Shown piece by piece: positions 23,807 through 35,563 of a stretch of DNA of 64,000 bases. The position numbers and the translations under genes were made by a program. Every line of letters begins with the position of its first letter. Positions within the stretch are counted from its first letter, which is position 1. The notes below the pieces were generated by a model. It made no database searches. It was given only the letters and a program-made list of their open reading frames with translations, and was not told where the DNA came from. This DNA is from Oikopleura dioica. Lineage: Eukaryota; Animalia; Chordata. The DNA lies in the NCBI GenBank assembly GCA_907165135.1, contig OU015566.1:4898001-4962000 (forward strand), read 5' to 3'.

Positions 23807-26672
23807 ATGGTCAAGAATCTTTCCTGTCTCTTGGCAGTCCATGCCTTGCCAAACTCAAAAGGTACGTTTTTAGGGGTGTCGTCAGGAAACCGACAAAAAC
23901 CGACAAATTTTGCATGGGCGGCAACTCAGCCTCTTATTGACCAGTATGCAAAATCAAGGTTGGTGATTGGTTGAAAATTTCAACAAAAAATTTGTCGAAT
24001 TTTTGTCGCTTTTTGACACCTCCCGGTTTGTTAGATCAAAAATGCTTTAGGGGCCCTATAAGTTTTCTTTACTCGGCATTTTCAAATTTAGTTATCATTT
24101 TTGAAGACCTCAGATAAACAGAAAAAATGGAATAAATCATTTATTAGGATATGTTTTCTTTGATTTCAATAAAAAATAAAATTCAAAAAAATTAGATAAA
24201 AACCGTAATCGCGGAGAAAAACGAACAGCCCCGTTATTTTTCTGAAAGATGTAGATTGAAGTTTAGATTTCAAGTCTAGTTTTTGTATCCCATTCTTTAG
24301 GACACCCTTAAGAAATTCTATTTCAGTATTTTTGAGCCCAAGAAATGCTTATCAGCAAAAATAAAGAGGAAAACTTCAATGCCCCAAATTTTTGCAGATT
24401 TTTCGGAAAATAAAGAAATGTGAGAAAAGGCGGAATAATTAGAGTTTTTCGCTGTTGAGTTAATTTGCTTCAGATTGTCCTGAATTTTGGCATTTAAACG
24501 CAGCCACGAACGAGTGCGAGCTGCCCAATCATCTTGTTGATGTTCAATGTCACCAAGGAAAATGGCAAAAAAATGATTTTTAAAAATAATTTTTTAAAAA
24601 TAAGACCGGAATTGAAGCCATTCAAAGACGGCGTAAAAATCCTCTTTTCCGAAGAAATCGACCTTTCAGAAACTTCTATTGACGGGTAATCCAATTATTT
24701 TCCTCCTTGATTTCAATCCTCTAATTTCAGCTGCCACGAATCCCATTATTCGAGAAATCCTGATTCGAATGAAATCTGGGTTGATTTCTCGAAATGCGCG
24801 AAACCTGAGTTTTTATCTGACAGAGTCATTGTCCAAAACAGGATATTTTTTGGTGAAGAGCATGTTTTGCCTGTTCAATGCGAGTTTTTGATGAGCGAAG
24901 ATGTGGCCATTCAATCAGGACAGATGAAAATTTCAAAATAACGGAATAAACGCTCCCAAAAATAACGAAAAAATGATTTTTAAAAATTTTTTGATTTAAT
25001 AAAAAGTGAAAGTGCATTTTCGATAGCCAATAAGATTGCTCTGTTTGACCTACCAGCCAATCAAAACCCTAGTATCATTTTTTGGTTGTGCCTTTTTTGG
25101 TATTTTTGGGTGAGTTTCGCGATTCAAAAAGTGGCACAAAAACTTGATTTTTCGCATATTAATTTGTCTAAAATCTGATTTGTCGACTACTAAAATTACT
25201 AAAAAATGATCAAATTTTAAAATCTTGCGCTTTTGAAGCTCTATTTTAGGCAATTTCTATTCGAAACCCGGTTAACCTCGCCGGTGTCATCCTCTTTCTT
25301 TTAGAACCCCCACCCTTCCCTCCCCGCAAAAAATTCCTGGCCACGTCTGGAAGCTGTCATTTCCAAGTTTACCATAAATTTCCATCTGTGAATAAGTTAT
25401 CGACGATTCGAAATCGCGTCTCCGCCGATCAGCCCCAGCAAAAGCCATTGGAAACGCTTTCTTCACCGTCAATTTGGAATATTTCGACAGAAAATTTGAA
25501 CAAATTCTAGACCCGCAAATTGCTCTTACAGTAGGGGACTATGCGAATGTTGAGATTTCGCTGGATCAGAAGATTCAGGGGATAGAACTCGGGTTGTCAA
25601 ATTGTACAGTTTACGGGGAGGGGGAAAATGATAGCTTTGGGGTGGTGGATTATCCCGGATGTCCGGATCAAATTGTTAAGGCCAGCTTGTTTGATGGAGA
25701 ATCTCAGGAAAAGGTTTCAAAATTAAATTCAAAAACCATAATTTTGTTGCCGCATGTCGCAACAAGTCGCTCAATATCTCCAGATGTCGCGAAAACTCAT
25801 TTGATGTCGCTTAATGTCGTCGAATGTCGCCAAAATTGATGATTATGTCAATAAAAAATCGATCAAACCAAGTCGACATTAAGCGACATTTTGTGACATT
25901 TGGCGATATTTGGCGACATTTGGTGACATTTGGCGACATTTGGTGAAATAAAGATATTTCCAGATGTCGTGGAAAATCACTTGATGTCGCGGAATGTCGC
26001 TGAATGTCGTTGAATATCGCTTTTGTCAATAGATATATTTACGTCGTTTAACGACATTTGCGACATTCGGCGACTTTCTTGAAAATAAGGCGACAAAAAC
26101 CAGGGCATCTTTTTGTCAATTGAATAAAGCGAAGTGGTTACGGAATCACTGTATTCCGCTGTCTCACGCGTGGCACGCAAAGCCGCAAATTTCGGCCGAC
26201 TCGGTTTCAGTCGCTTTCAACCGAGCGGATCATTAATCACCGATTTCATGCTCACGCAAGAGACAAAGACGCGCCATCAGCTCGACGGCATTCTATTACG
26301 CCCCTTTTAAATCCCGGAAATGAAATTATAATTCCATCCTAATAATCTTATCGCCTTGCGTCATTCTATTCACTCTCGCGGGAAAATTGAAAACCTTTCA
26401 AAAAGTGGGAAAGAAGACTCTCTTATCGAGTCTTTGAATTTGTCTCCGACACTTTTGCCGCTTCTGTTCTTCGCCTTGCTTGCCGAGCTGTCATTTGCGA
26501 CTCAACTGATGAAGAGTAAGTTTCTTTCAAGAATGACTGTAGTTTGAATATTCTATTTTCAGGTCTGAGTGTAAAAACAATGCTCCACCAGCGAAACAAG
26601 AAGATTTCTTCCGCCGCCAAAATAGGTCAAAATCTGTAAAACTCGCTTCTTTATGTAAATATTCCTCCATGA
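23807..26672 (+). CDS. Secreted zona pellucida (ZP)-domain protein, multi-exon
   Basis: Signal-like MVKNLSCLLAVHA; ZP-N cysteines (VQCH, CHES, FSKCA, VQCEF); ZP-C (TVGDYANVEI, LSNCTV, YPGCP, LSYRVFEFV..LACRAVICD). One splice junction (~24556-24604) and the last exon are ambiguous. Confidence 0.75.
25755..26075. repeat. GATGTCGC/GCGACATTTG degenerate minisatellite in ZP intron
   Basis: Many ATGTCG/CGACAT units in both orientations; related arrays at ~4103-4150 and ~36225-36415. Confidence 0.75.
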
Positions 26673-27186
26673 TTTCATGCAGTCAATAAAATCACCCTCT
26701 GCAAAATTTATCCTCAAGAGTTTAGGAAACTAGAATCTACTAGGTAGATAAGGTTGTCAAAGCAATCGTCTACTACATCAGCCTATTAATCATTTTTCAA
26801 AATTTGCGACGAAAAATGCTTCCCAGATTACAAAAAATTCGACTGATTTATGGTTTTTAAAAATGAAGTAGTCTTGTATGAAAAATTTGTTAAATTCGAT
26901 CCAAAACCCATAATTATCAATATTCGTGAAATATGGAGTTTCGACTGATTTTTTCATGATATTTTTTTATTAAGACAAAGTAAATTTGAAGTGCTTTGAA
27001 AAATATTCTACGTCTGGAATTATCTCGCGAATTTCTCAACTTCTCGCGAGGTAAATAAATCTTCACATATAAAATCAACTTCACAAGCATTTTTCTCATT
27101 CCTCAGTGCGAAAATAAAAAAATTGCAAAACTTTTCTTCACACTATTTTTCATTCTGCCGGCTAATTCGCAAGAGATTTCTTCGAG

Positions 27187-29668
27187 ATGCTTTCCTTTTG
27201 GTTAGCATCAGCTTTTCTCCGTCTCGGCTGGGCCCAGATAACATGCGATAATGAGAACTGCCCGAACCCGACCGGAACTTCTTACGAGACGAAATTGAAT
27301 TGCGGCGTTTTGGTCAACGATGGAACCAATGGACAGTCGAAAAAGTGCGCGTATTTGATGAAAACGAGGGAGAATGGCCGGAGTCGAACGCTTTTTGCTC
27401 TGCGCTAAAATTTACAATCAACGGAACGGAAGTCGAGGGAGGAAATATGCTGTCAATCAGATCGCCTGAAGAAAATGAAGTCATCAGACAGTACCTCATC
27501 GGACTCATGGACGGAGCAAACGTCTACTACTATCCCCGAATCGGGCTTCGAAAAACATGCCAAAACTGCGAGTGGTACTGGTCCGACGGGAGTCCAATTA
27601 CTTACACCAATTGGTACGGAACCGAGCCAAATACCTACTACTACGATTGCGCCAGAATCTAGTAAGTCGTTCTTGAAATCTTCGCTAAATAAAAATTCTA
27701 GTTATTCGAGCAACGGCGCTGTTTACAACGGAACTTGGATAGACATAACCTGCACGGGAATCTACTCAGATCTGTGCCAATTCGAAGTCGATGGAAAACA
27801 ACCTTGGGATCCAGAGCCAGACAATGGTCTACCCGCCAAAGGAGGTTGCAAACCCGGCTGGTACCCCTTCGGCGGCTACTGCTACAAATTCGACGGTTTT
27901 CGGGTCGATGGCGGATCAGGTTTCGACCCAGCTGGATTTTTGAAGTGGAATGATGCGCGAGCAAAATGCAACGAGGACTGGGAAGGAGCTGATTTGGCCA
28001 TGCTTCCGACAGCAGAGCACAATTCTCTGGTCGCATCGCTACTTGGGCCGTGGTTTTTCGGGGCGGATCCGTTTATCGGAGTTTACAATCATGCTTATTA
28101 TGATTATTACTTCAGGTTTTAGCTCTCCTCTTTGACCCCTAATCGAATATTCTTGCTAGTCTGATCAACGAAGACCGCCTCAAATACGACAACTGGGTGC
28201 CCGGCAAGCCCAATCACGCCCAAAGTACCCAAGACAAATGCGTCGTCATGTCCTGGCGAAACGACGCAAATTTCCACGATGCTTTCCGAGTTGGTCAATG
28301 GAACAACGTCTACTGCGGCACTTACGCAACCGCTGGCAATTATGGCGATCCCCACCCGTGGGTTTGCTCGCACGAACAGAGTTCTAGCTATCAGTCGCAG
28401 TACCCGACTTGGATTTCGCTGCCCGATGTGAAATGCGGTCCCGGTTGGATTCCTTACCATTCTGCTTGCTACAAGGTTTTTGTTTCTTTATCATTTCTTG
28501 ATTCAATCATTGTTGTTTTCAGCTATTTACTGATCGAAAACCCTTCGATGATGCAAACAAATATTGTTCGGAAAATGGCGAGTCGGCAGCAAAAGCAACC
28601 TATTTGATCACAATGTGGGACGAGTACGAAGTCGAGTTTGCCAAATCCTTCTTCCGGGACGATCAACTCCCGCAGCGAAAGCCAACAGATCTGCCAGACG
28701 GTATCTGGATCGGTCTCAAGAAAAAGTAAGCACAAGAAGTTTGATTTTTGGAATTCCTCTTTTAAGTGATCGGCAAGGAAGCGACAGATTCGAATGGATC
28801 GATGGAGTGCCACTGACGCGTCAAGATTGGGCTGGCGACTCTGGAAATCAGCCCTGCGCGTTTTGGACTCGGAGACGAAAATGTACAAGACCTCCGGCTG
28901 CTCCGAGCAAAAGCGTTCATTTGCAAAAGCGAGTTCTACGAGGTCCCGCTCAACTCATACGAAGACATCGATGCAAAGCTCGGGAAGCCTCAGGAATGCC
29001 CCGATGGTTGGAGCCTCCTCGGCCACCACTGCACGAGAATCTACGAGGAGGCGCAGCCGTATTCACAAGCCGCCATGCAATGCAAAATCCAAGGCGGCAA
29101 TCTCGGCAGCATCCACTCCTCCGGCTACAACAGAATCATAAAAGACCAGTTCACGAAAACTGCCCACGCCGAAAACTCGATGTGGATCGGAATGCAGTAC
29201 AAAGGCGCTTTCGGCTGGCAGTGGGACGATGGAACAGGCGCCAGCTATTTTAACTGGGAAAATGGGGAGCCGAATGATTGGCAAGAGCCGGAAGATTGCG
29301 TGGCGATGGATGAGATTGGCACTTGGAAGGACTCGCCGTGTCGGGAATCGAAACCGTTCCTCTGCAAAAAGGTCGCTCCGACTGAATTTTGCACTGCCGC
29401 GATTTCGAGCAAAATCAAGTCTTGTGGATTCGTCGGCATTTCGGAGACAGAGTGCATGTTGGAATTCGGATGCTGTTTCGACCCAACAATCGACTCGGGC
29501 ATGGGCAACAACTGTTTCCAACCAAAGCCTCCGGTCGACGTCGGCATGGCCGCAGGCGCTGCTGTCGGCGTCACCGTCTTTGTCATTGCCGCTGTTGCTG
29601 GAGGATTCTTTTTCTACACGAAGAGAAATGAAGCCACTATCGGCGGCATTACCAATCCTCTTGCTTGA
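27187..29668 (+). CDS. Type I membrane receptor: 4 C-type lectin domains + trefoil (P-type) domain + TM, copy 1 (three 1-nt frameshifts)
   Basis: WIGL/WIGM and EPN motifs, WND/WKD, CxxGW starts; CGFVGISETECMLEFGCCFD trefoil; TM AAGAAVGVTVFVIAAVAGGFFFY; tail GGITNPLA*. Confidence 0.88.
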
Positions 29669-29875
29669 ACTTTTTCTTTATTTTATTTTCCTTACTTTCT
29701 TCTGCAATAAAAATCTCAAGGCGAGTTAAAACAAGCACAATTGAAATTAATTGATCATGGGCTATTCCTCCATGATTTCATGCAGTCAATAAAATCACCC
29801 TTAGCACCTGTTATTCTAGAATCATTTTTTGACAACTAGTTTTGTCAAAAGCAGAAAACAGTATCAGTTTGAAAA

Positions 29876-32800
29876 ATGTCAGTTTCGGGAAACCAAGCAG
29901 CCCAAAATTATCCATCGTCTTCTATTATAAAAATTCCGATTGAAGAGGATTATACAGGTAAAAAAGAAGATAATTTAATGAGGCTTATTTCTCTCTCTCA
30001 AGCAAAGAATAAGCAACATGGCTCGACTGAAGCGCCAAAGCCGTCTTCTTCTGCAATGGGTGGTCTTTGCAGTGGTCTCGAAGGAGTTGGCCTCATTTTA
30101 AAAGGCCTCATTTTAAAAGGCCTCATCTTAAAAGGCTTCATTTTAAAACAGTTTAAAATGAGGCCTTTTAAAATGAAGCCTTTTTAAAATGAGGCCTATT
30201 TATTTAAAAAGAGGCCAAAAATTCCGAATCGGCTGAAACTGCTTTGTTGATTTTATGTTTGAACTTCATAAGCTCACTTGGCAAGTAATCGAAAAAAATT
30301 TTTTGGATAATCAATGATAAGTAATCATATCTCCACCCTTTTCTCCTTGATCAGGGTTCTAAATTTGTGGTAAAATCTAAAAGTCTTATCCGTCCGTGTC
30401 CGGATCGAAAAACGGATTTTTATCCGGTCTTGTCCCGGACATGTCCGTTTTAGTCCGTTCCTGTCAGTAAAATCCGGCCATATTTTTGTAAGAAAAAGTC
30501 TGGTCATGACCGTAAATGTCCGTAAAATTCTATGCAAAAAAACAAATTTTTATCGAAATAAGCCCTAAGAGTCTCGAGCCAAGACCAAAAAATCTTTAAG
30601 AAATAAATTCGACAGAAATTTCATCGAAAAATCGAATTCTACTCAAGCCAATTTTAGAAAATCAAGGGAGTGGCCTGGGACAAGAGTCGTAAGTTTCATG
30701 AGCGACTGAATTTTTCCAAAGGAGCTACAGTGGTGTGAGGAGTTTCCGCACCTCTAAAGAGCGGGTAAAGGGGTGCGCGTCATTAGCTACGGTTTGGGGG
30801 TTTGCGTCAATAGCTACGGTGCGTCAATAGCTACGGTTAAAAATGAGTCAAAGGGAGCAAGGGAATTGACAGACAGTTTAGGGTGGGCATCAACCTACCG
30901 GTCGGGTTAGGGTTAGGTCGGGTTTGCCGGTTATTTCGAAAATTACAAGAATCTGAAGCTATCTAGGTCGGTCGTAACGAGAGTGTGGTCGCTTTTCGCT
31001 TGCAAAAATTTGAATAAGTAACATAGTCGGACAATTTTTATTGAATCAAGGCTAAATATGGTATTTTTCGTATTGGTATCATTGTTTGTAAGCAAAAACG
31101 ACCACAATCTCTTTCCGACCAACCTAGATAGATTCAAATTCTTGTAATTTTCGAAATAACCGGCAAACCCGACCTAGGTTGATGCCCACCCTAAACGTTC
31201 TGTCAATTCCCATGCTCCCTTTGACTCATTTTTAGCCGTAGCTATTGACGCACCGTAGCTTTTGACGCAAACGTAGCTACTGACGTAAACCCCCAAACCG
31301 CAGCAGTTGACGCGCACCCGGTAAAAGGTGCGGAAACGCAGCACTCACTTTTGTCACTTCTAGAAGAAATATGCAGAAAAAGTGCGGCCTAGGGGTGCGG
31401 TAACGCACCACTCACAAATGGTGCGGAAACTTCTCACACCACTGTATGCTCAGCCGAAAGACTTCATAAAATTGCTTACTTAGCTCAGCATCAGCTGGTA
31501 AAAACCAGCTCTGCTCAGAGTGGATAAAAATTAATTTGAAGAGAGAAATAAGTGAATAATTTTCTCAAGTACGAGAGGGGGCCACAACTATAATGGGCAA
31601 ATTCTTCCCGCGGCAGACAATTATTACGGGTTCAATATTCTTCCCTGGGCTCACTAAGTTAACGGGTTTCAGACTCTCAAAATGAATTGAGCGAACTCAG
31701 TTGAACTTGAAATCGGCGAACCAATTGGATTTTGTTTTGGCACTTCTAGAAAATCCAAATTACAATTCTAGAAAAACAAAGAGCAAGTTTGCCACGGGCG
31801 CTCAATTCTTTTCGAGAATCTGAAACCCGTTAACTTAGTGAGCCCAGGGAAGAATATTGAACCCGTAATAATTGTCTGCCGCGGGAAGAATTTGCCCATT
31901 ATAGTTGTGGCCCCCTCTCGTACTTGAGAAAATTATTCACTTATTTCTCTCTTCAAATTAATTTTTATCCACTCTGAGCAGAGCTGGTTTTTACCAGCTG
32001 ATGCTGAGCTAAGTAAGCAATTTTATGAAGTCTTTCGGCTGAGCATACAGTGGTGTGAGAAGTTTCCGCACCATTTGTGAGTGGTGCGTTACCGCACCCC
32101 TAGGCCGCACTTTTTCTGCATATTTCTTCTAGAAGTGACAAAGTGAGTGCTGCGTTTCCGCACCTTTACCGGGTGCGCGTCAACTGCTGCGGTTTGGGGG
32201 TTTACGTCAGTAGCTACGTTTGCGTCAATAGCTACGGTGCGTCAATAGCTACGGCTAAAAATGAGTCAAAGGGAGCATGGGAATTGACAGAACGTTTAGG
32301 GTGGGCATCAACCTAGGTCGGGTTTGCCGGTTATTTCGAAAATTACAAGAATTTGAATCTATCTAGGTTGGTCGGAAAGAGATTGTGGTCGTTTTTGCTT
32401 ACAAACAATGATACCAATACGAAAAATACCATATTTAGCCTTGATTCAATAAAAATTGTCCGACTATGTTACTTATTCAAATTTTTGCAAGCGAAAAGCG
32501 ACCACACTCTCGTTACGACCGACCTAGATAGCTTCAGATTCTTGTAATTTTCGAAATAACCGGCAAACCCGACCTAACCCTAACCCGACCGGTAGGTTGA
32601 TGCCCACCCTAAACTGTCTGTCAATTCCCTTGCTCCCTTTGACTCATTTTTAACCGTAGCTATTGACGCACCGTAGCTATTGACGCAAACCCCCAAACCG
32701 TAGCTAATGACGCGCACCCCTTTTACCCGCTCTTTAGAGGTGCGGAAACTCCTCACACCACTGTAGCTCCTTTGGAAAAATTCAGTCGCTCATGAAACTT

Positions 32801-33550
32801 ACGACTCTTGTCCCAGGCCACTCCCTTGATTTTCTAAAATTGGCTTGAGTAGAATTCGATTTTTCGATGAAATTTCTGTCGAATTTATTTCTTAAAGATT
32901 TTTTGGTCTTGGCTCGAGACTCTTAGGGCTTATTTCGATAAAAATTTGTTTTTTTGCATAGAATTTTACGGACATTTACGGTCATGACCAGACTTTTTCT
33001 TACAAAAATATGGCCGGATTTTACTGACAGGAACGGACTAAAACGGACATGTCCGGGACAAGACCGGATAAAAATCCGTTTTTCGATCCGGACACGGACG
33101 GATAAGACTTTTAGATTTTACCACAAATTTAGAACCCTGATCAAGGAGAAAAGGGTGGTGATATGATTACTTATCATTGATTATCCAAAAAAATTTTTTT
33201 CGATTACTTGCCAAGTGAGCTTATGAAGTTCAAACATAAAATCAACAAAGCAGTTTCAGCCGATTCGGAATTTTGGCCTCTTTTAAATAAATAGGCCTCA
33301 TTTTAAAAAGGCTTCATTTTAAAAGGCCTCATTTTAAACTGTTTTAAAATGAAGCCTTTTAAGATGAGGCCTTTTAAAATGAGGCCTTTTTAAAATGAGG
33401 CCAACTCGTCTCGAAGATATTCTTGAACTTTGTGGATGTCCGGAACCATGCCGAGATGTGTGCTATGGAATAGTTTGCTGTAAATGGATTCTGTTCCTTT
33501 TATTCTTCTTTGCGGTCATCTATCGATTCATGACAAAACCAGATGATTGA
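29876..33550 (+). CDS. Small (~98 aa) Cys-rich, C-terminal TM orphan protein gene split by the foldback element
   Basis: Removing the element and one TSD gives an open frame ...GGLCSGLE|DILELCGCPEPCRDVCYGIVCCKWILFLLFFFAVIYRFMTKPDD*; a 45-nt GT-AG intron sits at ~29958-30002. Confidence 0.65.
30728..31444. mobile_element. Tc1/mariner-type MITE (~717 bp, TA TSD) nested in left arm
   Basis: TA|CAGTGGTGTGAGGAG...CTCACACCACTG|TA, with its own internal inverted repeats. Confidence 0.85.
32048..32763. mobile_element. Mirror copy of the nested Tc1-type MITE in right arm
   Basis: Reverse complement of 30728-31444 at the symmetric position. Confidence 0.85.
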
Positions 33551-33951
33551 AAGCATAAATGCACTGTATAAACTGTTCCTTATCTGATCTTTATTTTCTA
33601 ATAAAAATATTTTCAAAAAAGAAAAAAGGGATATTCTAGTCCAAAATTCGAGTCAAAAGCCTTTTGCTTTCGCTTCTCAAATGATAAGAGACGGATATCA
33701 GATCGGAGTCGGGCGACTTGGTATTCGTACTCAACCAAAAGGTCAAGTTGAGAGTTAGTGGCAGGCAGCTCGAGCTTGGCATCATCGTTTCTTGAGAATA
33801 AAAAGCTAATAATTTATGAGGAATCGGCAAGTGTCGAAAAATTTAATAGTTAAGTTTATGATTGTAGATATTTATGAGATAAGGAGTTTTTGAAAATCGA
33901 TCATATTTCCGACTCGACCTTTTTATAATTTAACTCACAAATTTAATTTTT

Positions 33952-34220
33952 GGGAAAGGGTCGGACTCATTACCAATTGGTAACCCATTACCAATTGTGG
34001 TAACCCATTACCAATTTTGGTAACCCATTACCAAATTCGTCAAAAAGTTTCGATATTTTTCATTCAAAGAGCGAGTTTGCGCTCCGCGCCTGTATAATAG
34101 AAAACTTGTGGGGTGTTTTATTCATTAACTTGGCGAAAAATTAAAAATAAATTGATAATCGACTACCAAAAATTGGTAATGGGGTACCAAAAATTTTGGT
34201 AATGAGTCCGACCGTTCCCG
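33952..34220. mobile_element. MITE related to 15221-15501, 8-bp TSD
   Basis: GGGAAAGGGTCGGACTCATTACC...GGTAATGAGTCCGACCGTTCCCG; TSD TAATTTTT (33944-33951, 34221-34228). Confidence 0.8.
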
Positions 34221-35171
34221 TAATTTTTTGTTAGAGTTTTTGGTGAGAAAATCTTTCTGGTTATTTGTATAAAGAATCACTTTTAGTGTCAACGTTACGA
34301 TAACAATTATGAAACTTTTTAGAAAAGAGCTTCAAAAACCATAATACTCGGTTAAATTTGATCATTTGGGTTTTATTTTTGAAAACAGGACTGAGCAACA
34401 AAGAATACTTAGTGTCTGTACATCAAAACGTCGTCTCCAGAACTCAACTGGAGACGAAAACTAGACTACTGTCTGATAAGAGGAAGAATCGGCGCAGGCC
34501 AAAAAATAGTATTGAGTCTAAGTTTGAAAGGTTTCAAGAGTAAAATTCTAAATAAACAGACTAAACAAGACTATGGAAATTTCCATTTGGATTTTGATAA
34601 CCAATAAGATTGCTGTATTTGGCCTACCAGCCAATGAAAACCCTGATCCGTAATATCACTCCTATAAATTGGTTTTACCCAAATTTCTCCAAATTTCTGT
34701 TTTTCCTCATTTCTATTGAGCGCGGTGATTTCGAGTGGAAATGAGTGCTTTGATTAAAAGAAAATTTGCGGTGTTGGAAAAAGCGCGCTCTAAAAAGGTT
34801 GATTCTAGTTTTGATTACCAAGAGCGACTCATTTACGCGGCTCTTTTCTACTCGAAATTTTCAATTTTCGCGTAAGAGGCAACTCGTCCTCCGATTTCCT
34901 TCAAAACTCAGAAATTTTGAAAAATTTTTTCTTGATAAAAATCTTTAATGATATCGTTTACTGAAAGGAAACCCAAAAGTAGTGGCAGGACCAGACACTT
35001 GGCTAAAGTATTTTCGCATCATTTCATCGTCGAATTCGTCCATGGCATCGAGAGCAAGCTGCTTTTGGTCGGCGCGAGAAGCGCGGTACTCTTTATGTAA
35101 TCACTCATGAAGTTTTCGGGCGGATCGTGGTGCTCCTAAAAAAGGTTACTGATTTTTCCCACGCGATTTTC

Positions 35172-35563
35172 TTAAGGGGGTAGAAACAGCTTTTCTCTGA
35201 AAATGGCGTTTTTGACCGGCGCTACAGACAAGAGAATCTTTTATCTTCAAATTTTCTCTTCAGGTTTAGATAGAAACATGTTAGATCTAGGAGCATCTCC
35301 TTCAAAATTTGTTTTAAGCATCAATTTTTTGAGTAAGCGGGCTCAGAAGCAACTCATCTCTCCGAAATTCTCGATTTTCGCCACTTTTCAAACACGAATA
35401 TCTCGAGTCACCTGATAGTTAAACAAATTTCATTCACAGTTTTGTGAACCTCAACCCCTTTTCTAGGAACATTTATGAGGAAATTTTGTGAACATAAATA
35501 AATCTTATGTTTTCTCTTATGTAGCTACAGTCCAAAATCGAGAAAGCTGTTTCTACCCCTCAA
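35172..35563. mobile_element. Kolobok-like MITE
   Basis: TTAA|GGGGGTAGAAACAGCTTTTCTC...GAGAAAGCTGTTTCTACCCC|TCAA. Confidence 0.7.

Larger units (their letters stand above)
30084..33407. mobile_element. 3.3-kb foldback (Mutator/FB-like) palindromic element
   Basis: Arms 30084-31693 and 31799-33407 nearly identical and inverted; 105-bp spacer; termini GAGTTGGCC/GGCCAACTC; subterminal 15-bp GGCCTCATTTTAAAA tandems; 9-bp TSD GTCTCGAAG (30075-30083, 33408-33416). Confidence 0.92.

Noticed and set aside
24556-24604. Possible non-canonical (GA/GG/GC-AG) intron in the ZP gene
   Set aside because: No donor tried gave an open frame without assuming an indel; cannot distinguish non-canonical splicing from a sequence error.
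30876-31130. GGTTAGGGTTAGG telomere-like motif, and the identical 64-70 aa ORFs in both foldback arms
   Set aside because: Only about two TTAGGG units inside a MITE; the ORFs have no recognisable domain and are by-products of the palindrome.
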